Assembly: GCF_024642165.1 (NCBI RefSeq)
Contig: NZ_JAHEBP010000001.1
Coordinates: 2,044 to 66,043 of the forward strand
Source of the DNA: Demequina sp.
GTDB taxonomy: Bacteria > Actinomycetota > Actinomycetes > Actinomycetales > Demequinaceae
Length of the DNA: 64,000 nt
Direction of reading: 5' to 3'
A program made the position numbers and the translations under genes. Positions 52,655-63,386 of this stretch are shown in pieces (the stretch's first letter is position 1; the number at the start of each line of letters is the position of its first letter). The notes under the pieces were generated by a model that saw only the letters and a list, made by a program, of their open reading frames with translations, did no database searches and had not been told where the DNA came from.

Positions 52655-54448
<1,794 letters not shown>

Positions 54449-54487
54449 GCGCGGGGCGGTACCGAGACCGCCTCCAGAGAACCACGC

Positions 54488-54513
54488 GAACGGGCGTCAC
54501 GCGGCGCCCGTTC
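54488..54513. terminator. Hairpin terminator between fadD and the convergent small gene
   Basis: GAACGGGCGTC-ACGC-GGCGCCCGTTC. Confidence 0.7.
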
Positions 54514-54520
54514 AATGCCG

Positions 54521-54721
54521 CTAGCTCGCGCGCGGCGGCCGCACCAGGCGGAGCGGCGGGACGAGCCCGGCCTCGGCCAAGGCGGAGACGGCGCTCGCCT
54601 GGTCGTCGTCCAATTCGACCCTGCTCCGGTCCGATGGCCTCACCTCGATGGTGAGGAAGGACACCACGCAGTCGCCGCAGCTCTTGCCGCGCATCTCGCA
54701 CGAATCGCAATCGATGATCAT
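54521..54721 (-). CDS. 66-aa Cys4 (CxxC-x6-CxxC) small protein
   Basis: MIIDCDSCEMRGKSCGDCVVSFL...LAEAGLVPPLRL; ATG 7 nt after a TAGCGT -10. Confidence 0.85.
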   Translation of the reverse strand: MIIDCDSCEMRGKSCGDCVVSFLTIEVRPSDRSRVELDDDQASAVSALAEAGLVPPLRLVRPPRAS

Positions 54722-54728
54722 GACGACA

Positions 54729-54750
54729 ACGCTACGAGCGGGGTCCGACA
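54729..54750 (-). promoter_or_regulatory. PafBC/RecA-NDp promoter for the Cys4 small gene
   Basis: Minus strand TGTCGG-accccgctcg-TA-gcg-T, an exact TGTCGG-N10-TA-N3-T match. Confidence 0.8.
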
Positions 54751-54848
54751 GTGGCGCGTCCTGCCTGGTGGCGGCACGGATCATCCGCGGGATCCGGCGC
54801 CGGACCATCGGCCCCCCGGGCTCGCGGTAGGCCCGTCGTGCGCGCCGT

Positions 54849-54870
54849 TGTCGGAGGCCTGACGTACCTT
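54849..54870 (+). promoter_or_regulatory. PafBC/RecA-NDp promoter for the DEDD/GIY-YIG nuclease gene
   Basis: TGTCGG-aggcctgacg-TA-cct-T, 6 nt before the GTG start. Confidence 0.85.
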
Positions 54871-54876
54871 CGCTGT

Positions 54877-56598
54877 GTGACCGGACCGTCCAGCACCGTC
54901 GAGCAGCTCCTCCATCGGCAGCGCTCCCTCGAGGACTTCGGCGAACCGCTGTCGAGTACCACGTTCGTCGTGGTCGACCTCGAGACCACGGGCACATCGC
55001 CCGCACGGGCGGCGATCACGGAGATCGGAGCCGTGAAGACCCGTGGTGGCGAGGTCGTGGGCGAGTTCCAGACCCTCGTGGACCCCGGCGGACCCATCCC
55101 GCCCATGATCGTGGCTCTCACCGGGATCACCGACGCCATGGTGGTGGCCGCGCCGCGCATCGAGGCGGTGCTGCCGGCGTTCCTGGAGTTCCTGGGCGAC
55201 GCGGTGCTCGTCGCGCACAACGCGCCGTTCGACACGGGCTTCCTGAGGGCCGCCTGCCGAGAGCACGGCTACCGGTGGCCCGGCAGCCAGGTGGTCGACA
55301 CGGTCACCTTGGCGCGACGCGCCACCACCAAGGAGGAGGCGCCCAACAAGAAGCTGTCGACCTTGGCGCGCGTGTTCGGCACGGCCGTCGAGCCCAACCA
55401 TCGCGCCCTCGAGGACGCCCGCGCCACGTCCGAGATCCTGCACCGGATGCTGGAGCGGGTCGCGGCGTTCGGCATCACTCACCGGGAGGACCTCGACGCG
55501 CTGCGCAACCCCATGCCGGAGCGCCTGCGTCGTAAGGCCACGCTGGCCGACTCGGTACCGGCGAAACCCGGCGTCTATACGTTCCGAGGCCCTCGTGGCG
55601 AACGGCTCTATGTGGGCACGTCGAAGAACCTCCGGGCCCGGGTGAAGTCCTACTTCACCACCGCCGAGCAACGCCGCCCCATCCGGGAGATGCTCGAATT
55701 GGCCGTGGCGGTGGACACCATCGTGTGCGCTACGGAGCTCGAGGCGAACGTCCGCGAGGTGCGGCTCATCGCGGAGCATCGCCCGCGATACAACCGCCGC
55801 TCGGCGCGCCCCGAAAGAACCGCCTGGGTGCGCCTGACGGAGGAACGCTATCCCCGGCTGAGCGTGTCGCGAGCGGTCGATGGCGCCGAGGGCGCTCTCG
55901 GACCGATGCGGTCGGCATCCGACGCTCGGCTCGCGATCGAGGTGCTTCAAGGAGCGCTCGGCGTGCGCACCTGCACCACGCGCCTGCCCATCGCGCCTCG
56001 AGCAGGCGCGCGCGCGTGCCTGCTCAAGGACCTTGGTGCATGCGCCGCGCCGTGCGTCCAGGGCGCGACATCCGGATACGACGAGACCGCCGACGCGGCA
56101 CGGGCCGCGCTCACGGGCGATCCCTCCCCCGTGGTCGCCGCCCTGGAGGACCAGATCACCGAGCGCGCAGAGGCGCTCGACTACGAGCGAGCGGCAGAGC
56201 TGCGCGACGGTGTGAGCGCCGTGATCGACGGCGCGATGCGGGCCCAGCGGCTCGCGTCGCTCGCCCGCTGCGCCGTGGTCGCCGTGCGACCCGACGGAGA
56301 CTGGTGGGACGTGGCGGCGCTGGGCGCCGGCGCCCTGGTGGGATCCGAGCGCGTGAAGTCAGGGGTGTGGGACGCGGCCGACAGGCTCCGGGCGCTCACG
56401 CACGATCTGGACATCGACCGGCCGGTGCTGGTCGAGGAGCGGGAGCTCGTGTCGCGCTGGCTGGAGCGGCCCGGGACGCGGCTGCTCTACGTGGACGGAG
56501 AGTGGTCCAGCCCCGTGGCGGGCGCGGGCCGGCACGCGCGGTGGGTGGATGCGCGACGGGCGGACCGCAGCGCCCGAGGCGAGCACCGCGCCGGCTAG
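54877..56598 (+). CDS. DEDD (DnaQ-like) exonuclease fused to UvrC-like GIY-YIG nuclease (Rv2191-like)
   Basis: VVDLETTG, AHNAPFD, HRALEDA, PGVYTF..LYVG, ELEA..P.YN, Cys cluster. Confidence 0.92.
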   Translation: MTGPSSTVEQLLHRQRSLEDFGEPLSSTTFVVVDLETTGTSPARAAITEIGAVKTRGGEVVGEFQTLVDPGGPIPPMIVALTGITDAMVVAAPRIEAVLPAFLEFLGDAVLVAHNAPFDTGFLRAACREHGYRWPGSQVVDTVTLARRATTKEEAPNKKLSTLARVFGTAVEPNHRALEDARATSEILHRMLERVAAFGITHREDLDALRNPMPERLRRKATLADSVPAKPGVYTFRGPRGERLYVGTSKNLRARVKSYFTTAEQRRPIREMLELAVAVDTIVCATELEANVREVRLIAEHRPRYNRRSARPERTAWVRLTEERYPRLSVSRAVDGAEGALGPMRSASDARLAIEVLQGALGVRTCTTRLPIAPRAGARACLLKDLGACAAPCVQGATSGYDETADAARAALTGDPSPVVAALEDQITERAEALDYERAAELRDGVSAVIDGAMRAQRLASLARCAVVAVRPDGDWWDVAALGAGALVGSERVKSGVWDAADRLRALTHDLDIDRPVLVEERELVSRWLERPGTRLLYVDGEWSSPVAGAGRHARWVDARRADRSARGEHRAG

Positions 56599-56627
56599 CT
56601 GTAGCGCCCGGTGGATCGGGCGGGGCG

Positions 56628-57668
56628 TCACGCCTGAGAGGCAGCCACCCAGCGCTCGAGGATCTCGCCGGCCGCGCCCGAGTCGATCGCGCGCGCCGCG
56701 TGATCCATGCCCGCGGCGAACCTCTCAACCAGCGTTCCGCCGGACGTTCCGGGCAACGTGGCATCGGCGACCAGCCCCGATGCGGCATTCAGCACCACGG
56801 TGTCGCGCACGGCGCCGGATTCCCCTGCAAGCACACGGCGAACCACCTCTGCGTTCTGGTCCGCCTCACCGCCGCGCAGATCCTCGATGGTGATGGCGTC
56901 GAGCCCCAAGTCCTGCACGGGGTCGAGCCGCAGCTGGGTGACGCCGCCGCCGCGCACTTCCCACACCGTCGCGGGTCCGGTGGGCGCGAGCTCGTCGAGG
57001 CCGTCGTCACCGTGGAACACCAGGGCCTCGCGCCCCTGAGACGCGACCACTCCGGCGAGCACGGGCGCGACGCGCAGGCTGGAGGAGCCGATGGCCGTGG
57101 CCTGCGGCTGCGCGGGGTTGGTGAGCGGTCCCAGGATGTTGAAGGTGGTGGGTATGCCCAGTTCCTTCCTGATGGGCATGGCGAACCGCATCGACGGGTG
57201 GAACACCTGGGCGAAGCAGAAGGTGATGCCCACCTCCGTGGCGAGCTCCTTCACGCGATCGACAGGGAGGTCCAGCCGTACCCCGAGCGCGGCGAGCACG
57301 TCCGCGCTGCCCGACTTCGACGTGGCGGCACGGTTGCCGTGCTTGACCACGGTGGGCCCGGACCCCGCGATCACGATCGACGCCATGGTGGAGATGTTCA
57401 CGGTCTGGGCGCCGTCGCCGCCAGTGCCCACGATGTCGACCGTGCGCCCCGGGACCTCGAACCGCACGGCGTGGGCGAGCATGGCGGCCGCGAGGCCAGC
57501 CACCTCGGTAGGCGTCTCGCGCTTGACACGTAGGGCGGCAAGGAACGCGCCCATCGCGACCGGCGAGGCGGAATCCGTCAGCACCTGGTCCATGACCGCG
57601 GCGGTCTCGTCTGCGGTGAGGTCCTGGTGCTCGACCAGCTTGGCGAGCAGGTCCTGCAGGGTCGCCAT
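56628..57668 (-). CDS. trpD: Anthranilate phosphoribosyltransferase
   Basis: DIVGTGGDG, NIST, KHGNRA..SKSGSAD, FNILGPL.NP, GLDE. Confidence 0.96.
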   Translation of the reverse strand: MATLQDLLAKLVEHQDLTADETAAVMDQVLTDSASPVAMGAFLAALRVKRETPTEVAGLAAAMLAHAVRFEVPGRTVDIVGTGGDGAQTVNISTMASIVIAGSGPTVVKHGNRAATSKSGSADVLAALGVRLDLPVDRVKELATEVGITFCFAQVFHPSMRFAMPIRKELGIPTTFNILGPLTNPAQPQATAIGSSSLRVAPVLAGVVASQGREALVFHGDDGLDELAPTGPATVWEVRGGGVTQLRLDPVQDLGLDAITIEDLRGGEADQNAEVVRRVLAGESGAVRDTVVLNAASGLVADATLPGTSGGTLVERFAAGMDHAARAIDSGAAGEILERWVAASQA

Positions 57669-57677
57669 CGGCGCTCC

Positions 57678-58106
57678 CTAGGCGTCGGCCGCTGCGGGCG
57701 CGAAGAACGAGTCCACGGCGTCCCTCAGCGCGAACGGGTCGAGCGGGTGCGACACCGCAGCGTCGGCCTCCGACCACGTCGCGAGCCACGCGTCCCCCGG
57801 ACGTCCCACCAGGAGCAGGATCGGCGGGCACGTGTACAACTCGTGCTTCATCTGACGGGCGATCCCCATGCCGCCCACCTTGGCGGCCTCGCCGTCGAGG
57901 ATGACGAGGTCGAAGGCCCGGTGGTCAAGTTCGTCGATGATCGCGGCATGCGTCGCGGTCTCGGTCCACTCGATCGGGCGCCCATGCGTGGTGGGACCGA
58001 CCGCGAAACGCACCTTCTCGCGGACATTGCGGTCGTCGCTGTAGACCAAGATGCGGGCCTCGCGGACGGACACGTCCCCGGCCTCGTGCTTCACCACGTC
58101 GCTCAT
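57678..58106 (-). CDS. Stand-alone atypical receiver-domain protein
   Basis: [29 protein letters not shown]. Confidence 0.85.
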   Translation of the reverse strand: MSDVVKHEAGDVSVREARILVYSDDRNVREKVRFAVGPTTHGRPIEWTETATHAAIIDELDHRAFDLVILDGEAAKVGGMGIARQMKHELYTCPPILLLVGRPGDAWLATWSEADAAVSHPLDPFALRDAVDSFFAPAAADA

Positions 58107-58251
58107 GCGGCCCATTCTGGCACGAGCGGCCAGGGCTGGGCCCCCGCCCGCGACACGCCCGGCGGCGAGGGCACGGAATGCAGGGAACTCAGGCGACGCC
58201 GCGTGCGTTCCCTGGTGTGAAGTCGGTGGTCTGTGCGCTTTAATGGGACCT

Positions 58252-58881
58252 ATGTCCCACGCCACGACTGCGCCGTCGCCCATTCACGCGACGCGGCCCA
58301 ACCAGGTCGCCGTCGGCACCATCGTGTGGCTGAGCTCCGAGTTGATGTTCTTCGCGGGACTGTTCGCGATGTACTTCACTCTTCGCGCTCAGGTGCCCGA
58401 GGTCTGGGCGGACAAGACCGAACTGCTCAACATCCCGTTCGCGACGGTCAACACTACGGTGCTGGTGCTGTCGTCCTTCACCGCACAGGCGGGCGTCTTC
58501 GCGGCCGAGCGATATCAGCGCCGCCGCACGGGCAAGCTGTGGCAGTTCAAGGGTTGGGGCATGCACGAGTGGTTCGTGCTGACCTACATCATGGGTTCGA
58601 TCTTCATCGGCGGCCAGGTGTACGAGTACGCGCAGCTCATCTCGGAGGGTCTCACCATCTCCTCGAGCCCGTACGGATCGGTCTTCTACCTCACCACCGG
58701 TTTCCACGGTCTGCACGTGCTCGGCGGCTTGATCGCCATGCTGTTCGTGCTCGGGCGTTCCTTCTCCGCCAAGAAATTCGGCACGCATGAGGCGACCACC
58801 ACGATCGTGGTCTCGTACTACTGGCACTTCGTCGACGTGGTGTGGATCGCGCTGTTCGCCGTGATCTACCTGATCCAGTAA
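58252..58881 (+). CDS. ctaE: Cytochrome c oxidase subunit III
   Basis: [31 protein letters not shown]. Confidence 0.96.
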   Translation: MSHATTAPSPIHATRPNQVAVGTIVWLSSELMFFAGLFAMYFTLRAQVPEVWADKTELLNIPFATVNTTVLVLSSFTAQAGVFAAERYQRRRTGKLWQFKGWGMHEWFVLTYIMGSIFIGGQVYEYAQLISEGLTISSSPYGSVFYLTTGFHGLHVLGGLIAMLFVLGRSFSAKKFGTHEATTTIVVSYYWHFVDVVWIALFAVIYLIQ

Positions 58882-58891
58882 GGGGCTGACG

Positions 58892-59680
58892 ATGCATTCG
58901 CTCGCACGACACCGGTACCACCGAGCGGCACCGGTCGTCCTCGTCCTCCTGCTGCTCGGACTCATCGCGGGCATCGCGGCGGCCGTCTCGACGGCATCGT
59001 CCGCGAATGCCGCGACTACCACCAGCGCGGACGACGTCAGCGAGGGCCAGAAACTCTTCGCCGCCAACTGCGCCTCATGCCACGGCCTCGGGGCAGAGGG
59101 CCAGGACGGCGTCGCGCCGTCACTGATCGGCGTGGGCGCCGCCGCGGTCGACTTCCAGGTGGGCACGGGCCGCATGCCCATGCAGGCCTCGGGCCCGCAG
59201 GCCATCGCCAAGCGCACACAGTTCTCGCAGGCGGAGATCTCACAGCTCGCCGCGTTCGTCGCCTCGCTCGGCGCCGGCCCGGCCATCCCCACCGCCGAGC
59301 AGGTCGACCCCGCGCTGGGCGACGCGGCGAACGGCATGCAGCTCTTCCGCACCAACTGCGCGATGTGCCACGGCTCGGTAGGAGGCGGCGGCGCACTGAG
59401 CCAGGGCAAGTTCGCGCCGAACCTGTGGGAGACCACGCCCACCCACATCTACGAGGCCATGCTCACCGGCCCCCAGTCGATGCCCGTGTTCAACGACGCC
59501 AACATCACCTCAGAGGGCAAGCGAGACATCATCTCCTACCTCAAGGCGCAAGATGAGGGCTCGCCCGGCGGTCTTCGCCTGGGCACCATCGGCCCGGTGG
59601 CAGAGGGCCTTTGGGGTTGGTTTCTCGTTCTGGGACTAGTCGTCGCCAGCACCGTGTGGATCGGAGCCCGTTCTTCATGA
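58892..59680 (+). CDS. qcrC: Cytochrome bcc complex diheme cytochrome c subunit
   Basis: Two CxxCH motifs (CASCH, CAMCH). Confidence 0.96.
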   Translation: MHSLARHRYHRAAPVVLVLLLLGLIAGIAAAVSTASSANAATTTSADDVSEGQKLFAANCASCHGLGAEGQDGVAPSLIGVGAAAVDFQVGTGRMPMQASGPQAIAKRTQFSQAEISQLAAFVASLGAGPAIPTAEQVDPALGDAANGMQLFRTNCAMCHGSVGGGGALSQGKFAPNLWETTPTHIYEAMLTGPQSMPVFNDANITSEGKRDIISYLKAQDEGSPGGLRLGTIGPVAEGLWGWFLVLGLVVASTVWIGARSS

Positions 59681-60768
59681 GCACCGCCGACAAGCCCGTC
59701 GATCACGAGTCGACGCACGGGGACGTGCCCGACTCCTTCGAGGACCCGGGCCTCCCCTACCACCGTCCGCGCCGCGCGGACGTCGACCCCAAGGCCGCCA
59801 ACAAGGCGGAGCGCCAGGTAGCGGCTCTGTTCGGCCTGTCGATCCTCGGCACCATCCTCGCCCTCGGCGCGTACTTCATGATCGACATGACCGGCGAGAT
59901 CGCGTCGATCAGGTTCGCGAACATGATGATCGGCCTCGGCATCTTCCTGGCGATGATGGGCATCGGCCTGGGTGCCATCCACTGGGCCAAGACGCTGATG
60001 CGCGATCACGAGATGGTGGAGGAGCGTCACGCACTTCGCTCCTCGGACGAGGCCCGCGCGGGCGCCATCCAGAACCTGCAGGACGGCGTCGAGGACTCCG
60101 GTCTCGGTAGCGACGGTTCGGGCACCAGCCGTCGCGGCCTGCTCAAGGGGTCGCTCATCACCGCCGTCCTCGCCGCGCCCCTCGCGCTCCTGGTCCCCCA
60201 GATCGGGAACATGGGCGGGCAGTGGAACACCCGCGAGTTCGCCCACACGATGTGGCGACAGGGCATGCGCCTCACACGGGACCCCGACGGCACTCCCATC
60301 AAGGCGGCGGACGTCACCATCGGGTCCGCGTTCCACGTGATCCCCGACGGACTCAACGACTTGGAGCACGGCAAGATCGAGGCGAAGGCCAAGGCGGTGG
60401 TCCTGCTGATCCGACTGGACCCCCGCGACCTCAAGATCCAACCGGGCCGCGAGGACTGGTCCTTCGACGGCATCGTCGCTTACTCCAAGATCTGCACGCA
60501 CGTGGGCTGCCCGGTGGCGCTGTACGAGCAGCAGACCCACCACCTGCTGTGCCCGTGCCACCAGTCCACGTTCGACGTCGCAGACGGCGCCAAGGTGGTG
60601 TTCGGCCCTGCGAAGCGGCCCCTGCCGCAGCTTCCGATCGCCATCGACGACGAGGGCTACATCGTGGCGAAGAGCGACTTCCACGAGCCCATCGGATCGT
60701 CGTACTGGACCCGTCTCAAGAACACCTCTGACGGACTGTCGGGCGACACCGAGGGGGGGAGCCACTGA
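59677..60768 (+). CDS. qcrA: Cytochrome bcc complex Rieske Fe-S subunit
   Basis: CTHVGC and CPCH; SRRGLL Tat-like motif after two TMs. Confidence 0.96.
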   Translation: MSTADKPVDHESTHGDVPDSFEDPGLPYHRPRRADVDPKAANKAERQVAALFGLSILGTILALGAYFMIDMTGEIASIRFANMMIGLGIFLAMMGIGLGAIHWAKTLMRDHEMVEERHALRSSDEARAGAIQNLQDGVEDSGLGSDGSGTSRRGLLKGSLITAVLAAPLALLVPQIGNMGGQWNTREFAHTMWRQGMRLTRDPDGTPIKAADVTIGSAFHVIPDGLNDLEHGKIEAKAKAVVLLIRLDPRDLKIQPGREDWSFDGIVAYSKICTHVGCPVALYEQQTHHLLCPCHQSTFDVADGAKVVFGPAKRPLPQLPIAIDDEGYIVAKSDFHEPIGSSYWTRLKNTSDGLSGDTEGGSH

Positions 60769-62390
60769 TGGGCGCACGGGTCAACGCCGTCGCAGGGGGA
60801 ACCGCGAACTGGGTGGACGAGCGCACGTCCATCGGTGGGTTCGTCAAGTTCTTCGCTCGCAAGCTGTTCCCCGACCACTGGTCGTTCATGCTGGGCGAGG
60901 TCGCCCTGTACTCGTTCATCGTCCTGCTGCTGTCGGGCGTGTTCCTCACGGCGTTCTTCGTGCCATCGATGACGATCGTCACGTACGACGGCCCGCTCGC
61001 GACGATGCAAGGCGTCGAGATGTCCGAGGCGTTCGCTTCGACACTGCACATGTCGTTCGAGGTCCCCGGCGGCCTGCTCATGCGGCAGATCCACCACTGG
61101 GCCGCTCTGCTGTTCACCGCGGCGATCCTGACGCACATGGCACGCATCTTCTTCACCGGAGCGTTCCGCAAGCCACGTGAACTCAACTGGCTGGTGGGGT
61201 TCACGCTGATGATCCTGTCGCTCGCCGCCGGGTTCTCGGGCTACTCGCTCCCCGACGACGTCCTGTCCGGCAACGGCCTTCGGATCATCGAGGGCGTGAC
61301 CCGCTCGATCCCGATTCTGGGCGAGTACGTGTCGTACTGGATGTTCGGTGGCGAGTTCCCGGGAGAGGCCTTGATCCCGCGGCTCTTCACCATGCATATC
61401 CTGCTGGTCCCCGGTCTGATCCTGGGCCTCATCGCGCTGCACCTGTTCCTGGTGTTCCTGCACAAGCACACGCAGTACCCGGGCGGCGGGCGCACCCACA
61501 AGAACGTCGTGGGACTGCCGCTCTTCCCCGTCTACACGGCCAAGGCCGGCGGGTTCTTCTTCGTGGTCTTCGGCGTCATCGCCCTGGTATCGGCCGTCTT
61601 CACCATCAACCCCGTGTGGAACTACGGGCCGTACGATCCGTCGCCCGTGTCCGCCGGCACTCAGCCCGACTGGTACATGCTCTTCATCGACGGCGGGCTG
61701 CGCCTGATGCCCGGATGGCTCTTCGACGTAATCCCCACGGAATGGGAGCTCTGGGGCTACACGATCCCGATGAACGTCCTGGTGCCGGCCGTCATCATGC
61801 CCGGACTGTTCTTCGGCTTCCTCGCCCTCTACCCCTGGATCGAGGCGTGGGCCACCGGGGATCGCGGCGAGAAGCACGTGCTCGACAGGCCGCGCAACGT
61901 GCCGGTGCGCACGAGCCTCGGCGTCGCGATCATCACGTTCTACGTGGTGCTCGTGCTCGAGGCGTGCAACGACATCATCGCGATCCTGTTTCACGTGTCG
62001 CTCAACGACCTCACGCTGTTCCTGCGGGTGGCGGTGTTCGTGCTGCCGGTGCTGGCGTATCTCATCACGCGGCGCATCTGCCTGGGCCTCCAGCGCAAGG
62101 ATCGCGAGCTGGTCCTGCACGGCAAGGAGACCGGGCGCATCGTCCGTCACGCGCACGGCGAATACGTCGAGGTGCACGAGCCCCTGGACGAGCACGAGCG
62201 CTGGATCCTGGTTTCGTACGACGACATCGCCCCGCTCGAGATCGCGCCCGAATACAACGATCGCGGCGTGCGGCGCAAGGGCTACAAGTGGGACCGCTTC
62301 AAGCAGGGCCTCTCGCGCTTCTACTTCGAGCACCGCATCTCCCCGGTCACCCCGCAGGAGCTCGAGGAAGCGAAGCACGCTCACCACTGA
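60768..62390 (+). CDS. qcrB: Cytochrome bcc complex cytochrome b subunit
   Basis: FPDHWSF, RQIHHWAA, FRKPRELNW, QPDWY. Confidence 0.97.
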   Translation: MGARVNAVAGGTANWVDERTSIGGFVKFFARKLFPDHWSFMLGEVALYSFIVLLLSGVFLTAFFVPSMTIVTYDGPLATMQGVEMSEAFASTLHMSFEVPGGLLMRQIHHWAALLFTAAILTHMARIFFTGAFRKPRELNWLVGFTLMILSLAAGFSGYSLPDDVLSGNGLRIIEGVTRSIPILGEYVSYWMFGGEFPGEALIPRLFTMHILLVPGLILGLIALHLFLVFLHKHTQYPGGGRTHKNVVGLPLFPVYTAKAGGFFFVVFGVIALVSAVFTINPVWNYGPYDPSPVSAGTQPDWYMLFIDGGLRLMPGWLFDVIPTEWELWGYTIPMNVLVPAVIMPGLFFGFLALYPWIEAWATGDRGEKHVLDRPRNVPVRTSLGVAIITFYVVLVLEACNDIIAILFHVSLNDLTLFLRVAVFVLPVLAYLITRRICLGLQRKDRELVLHGKETGRIVRHAHGEYVEVHEPLDEHERWILVSYDDIAPLEIAPEYNDRGVRRKGYKWDRFKQGLSRFYFEHRISPVTPQELEEAKHAHH

Positions 62391-62397
62391 CCGTCAT

Positions 62398-62449
62398 GCA
62401 TGCCCAAAGGGGCGTCCGGGACCACCCCGGGCGCCCCTTTCGGGCATGC
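62398..62449 (+). terminator. Long hairpin terminator after qcrB
   Basis: GCATGCCCAAAGGGGCGTCCGGG...CCCGGGCGCCCCTTTCGGGCATGC. Confidence 0.8.
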
Positions 62450-62494
62450 GGCGCCGGACGATGCGCCGCCCGCGAGCCGGCCTCTGGTGCCCGG

Positions 62495-62521
62495 GGAATT
62501 CGCGTCCGCCGCCGGGGGTTG
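62495..62521 (+). promoter_or_regulatory. SigH/SigR-type ECF promoter upstream of sodA
   Basis: GGAAT-N18-GTTG exact spacing. Confidence 0.7.
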
Positions 62522-62630
62522 ACCTGGATGTCCACGCTCGCTCCGAGCCGCCGTGATCGCTAGGCTCGGAGCGTTCCCGGAAAACCAGCCGCGACCCCTC
62601 TGCGAGGCGCGGCGCGACCATGGAGGAGAT

Positions 62631-63251
62631 ATGGCCGACTACACGCTGCCGGACCTCAGTTACGACTACGGAGCACTCGACCCGCACATCGCCGGCGAGA
62701 TCATGGAGCTCCACCACAGCAAGCACCACGCGGCCTACGTCGCGGGCGCCAACCTCGCCCTCGAGAAGATGGCCGGGGCGCGTGACTCAGGCGACTTCGG
62801 CGCGATCGGCGGCCTCGAGAAGGCGCTCGCCTTCAACCTGGGCGGCCACACCAACCACTCGGTGTTCTGGACCAACATGTCTCCGGACGGCGGCGACAAG
62901 CCCACGGCCGAGCTGGCCGCCGCGATCGACGAGCACTTCGGCTCCTTCGACGGCTTCCAGGCGCACTTCACCCACAACGCCATGACGATCATGGGCTCCG
63001 GCTGGTCCATCCTCGCGTGGGACACCATCGGCAAGAAGCTGATCATCGTCCAGCTCTACGACCAGCAGGGCAACGTCCCGGTGGGGATCATCCCGCTTCT
63101 CATGCTCGACATGTGGGAGCACGCGTTCTACCTTCAGTACCGCAACGTCAAGGCCGACTACGTCAAGGCGTGGTGGAACGTCGTGGACTGGGCGAACGTG
63201 CAGCACCGCTTCGCCACCGCGACGGCCACGCAGGGCCTCATCGTCCCGTAG
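62631..63251 (+). CDS. sodA: Mn/Fe superoxide dismutase
   Basis: [24 protein letters not shown]; GGAGGAG RBS. Confidence 0.97.
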   Translation: MADYTLPDLSYDYGALDPHIAGEIMELHHSKHHAAYVAGANLALEKMAGARDSGDFGAIGGLEKALAFNLGGHTNHSVFWTNMSPDGGDKPTAELAAAIDEHFGSFDGFQAHFTHNAMTIMGSGWSILAWDTIGKKLIIVQLYDQQGNVPVGIIPLLMLDMWEHAFYLQYRNVKADYVKAWWNVVDWANVQHRFATATATQGLIVP

Positions 63252-63269
63252 CACGCGCTCTCAGCGCCT

Positions 63270-63306
63270 CAAAGGCGGTCACCCATGCCCCGGGTGGCCG
63301 CCTTTG
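63270..63306 (+). terminator. Hairpin terminator after sodA
   Basis: CAAAGGCGGTCACCC-loop-GGGTGGCCGCCTTTG. Confidence 0.8.
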
Positions 63307-63386
63307 GCTTGTGTGCGCGTCAGTGCGCGTCAGGAGGCCGCGCGCCGAACCCGTGGACCCGCGGGACCGGGCGCTAGGTTGGACGC

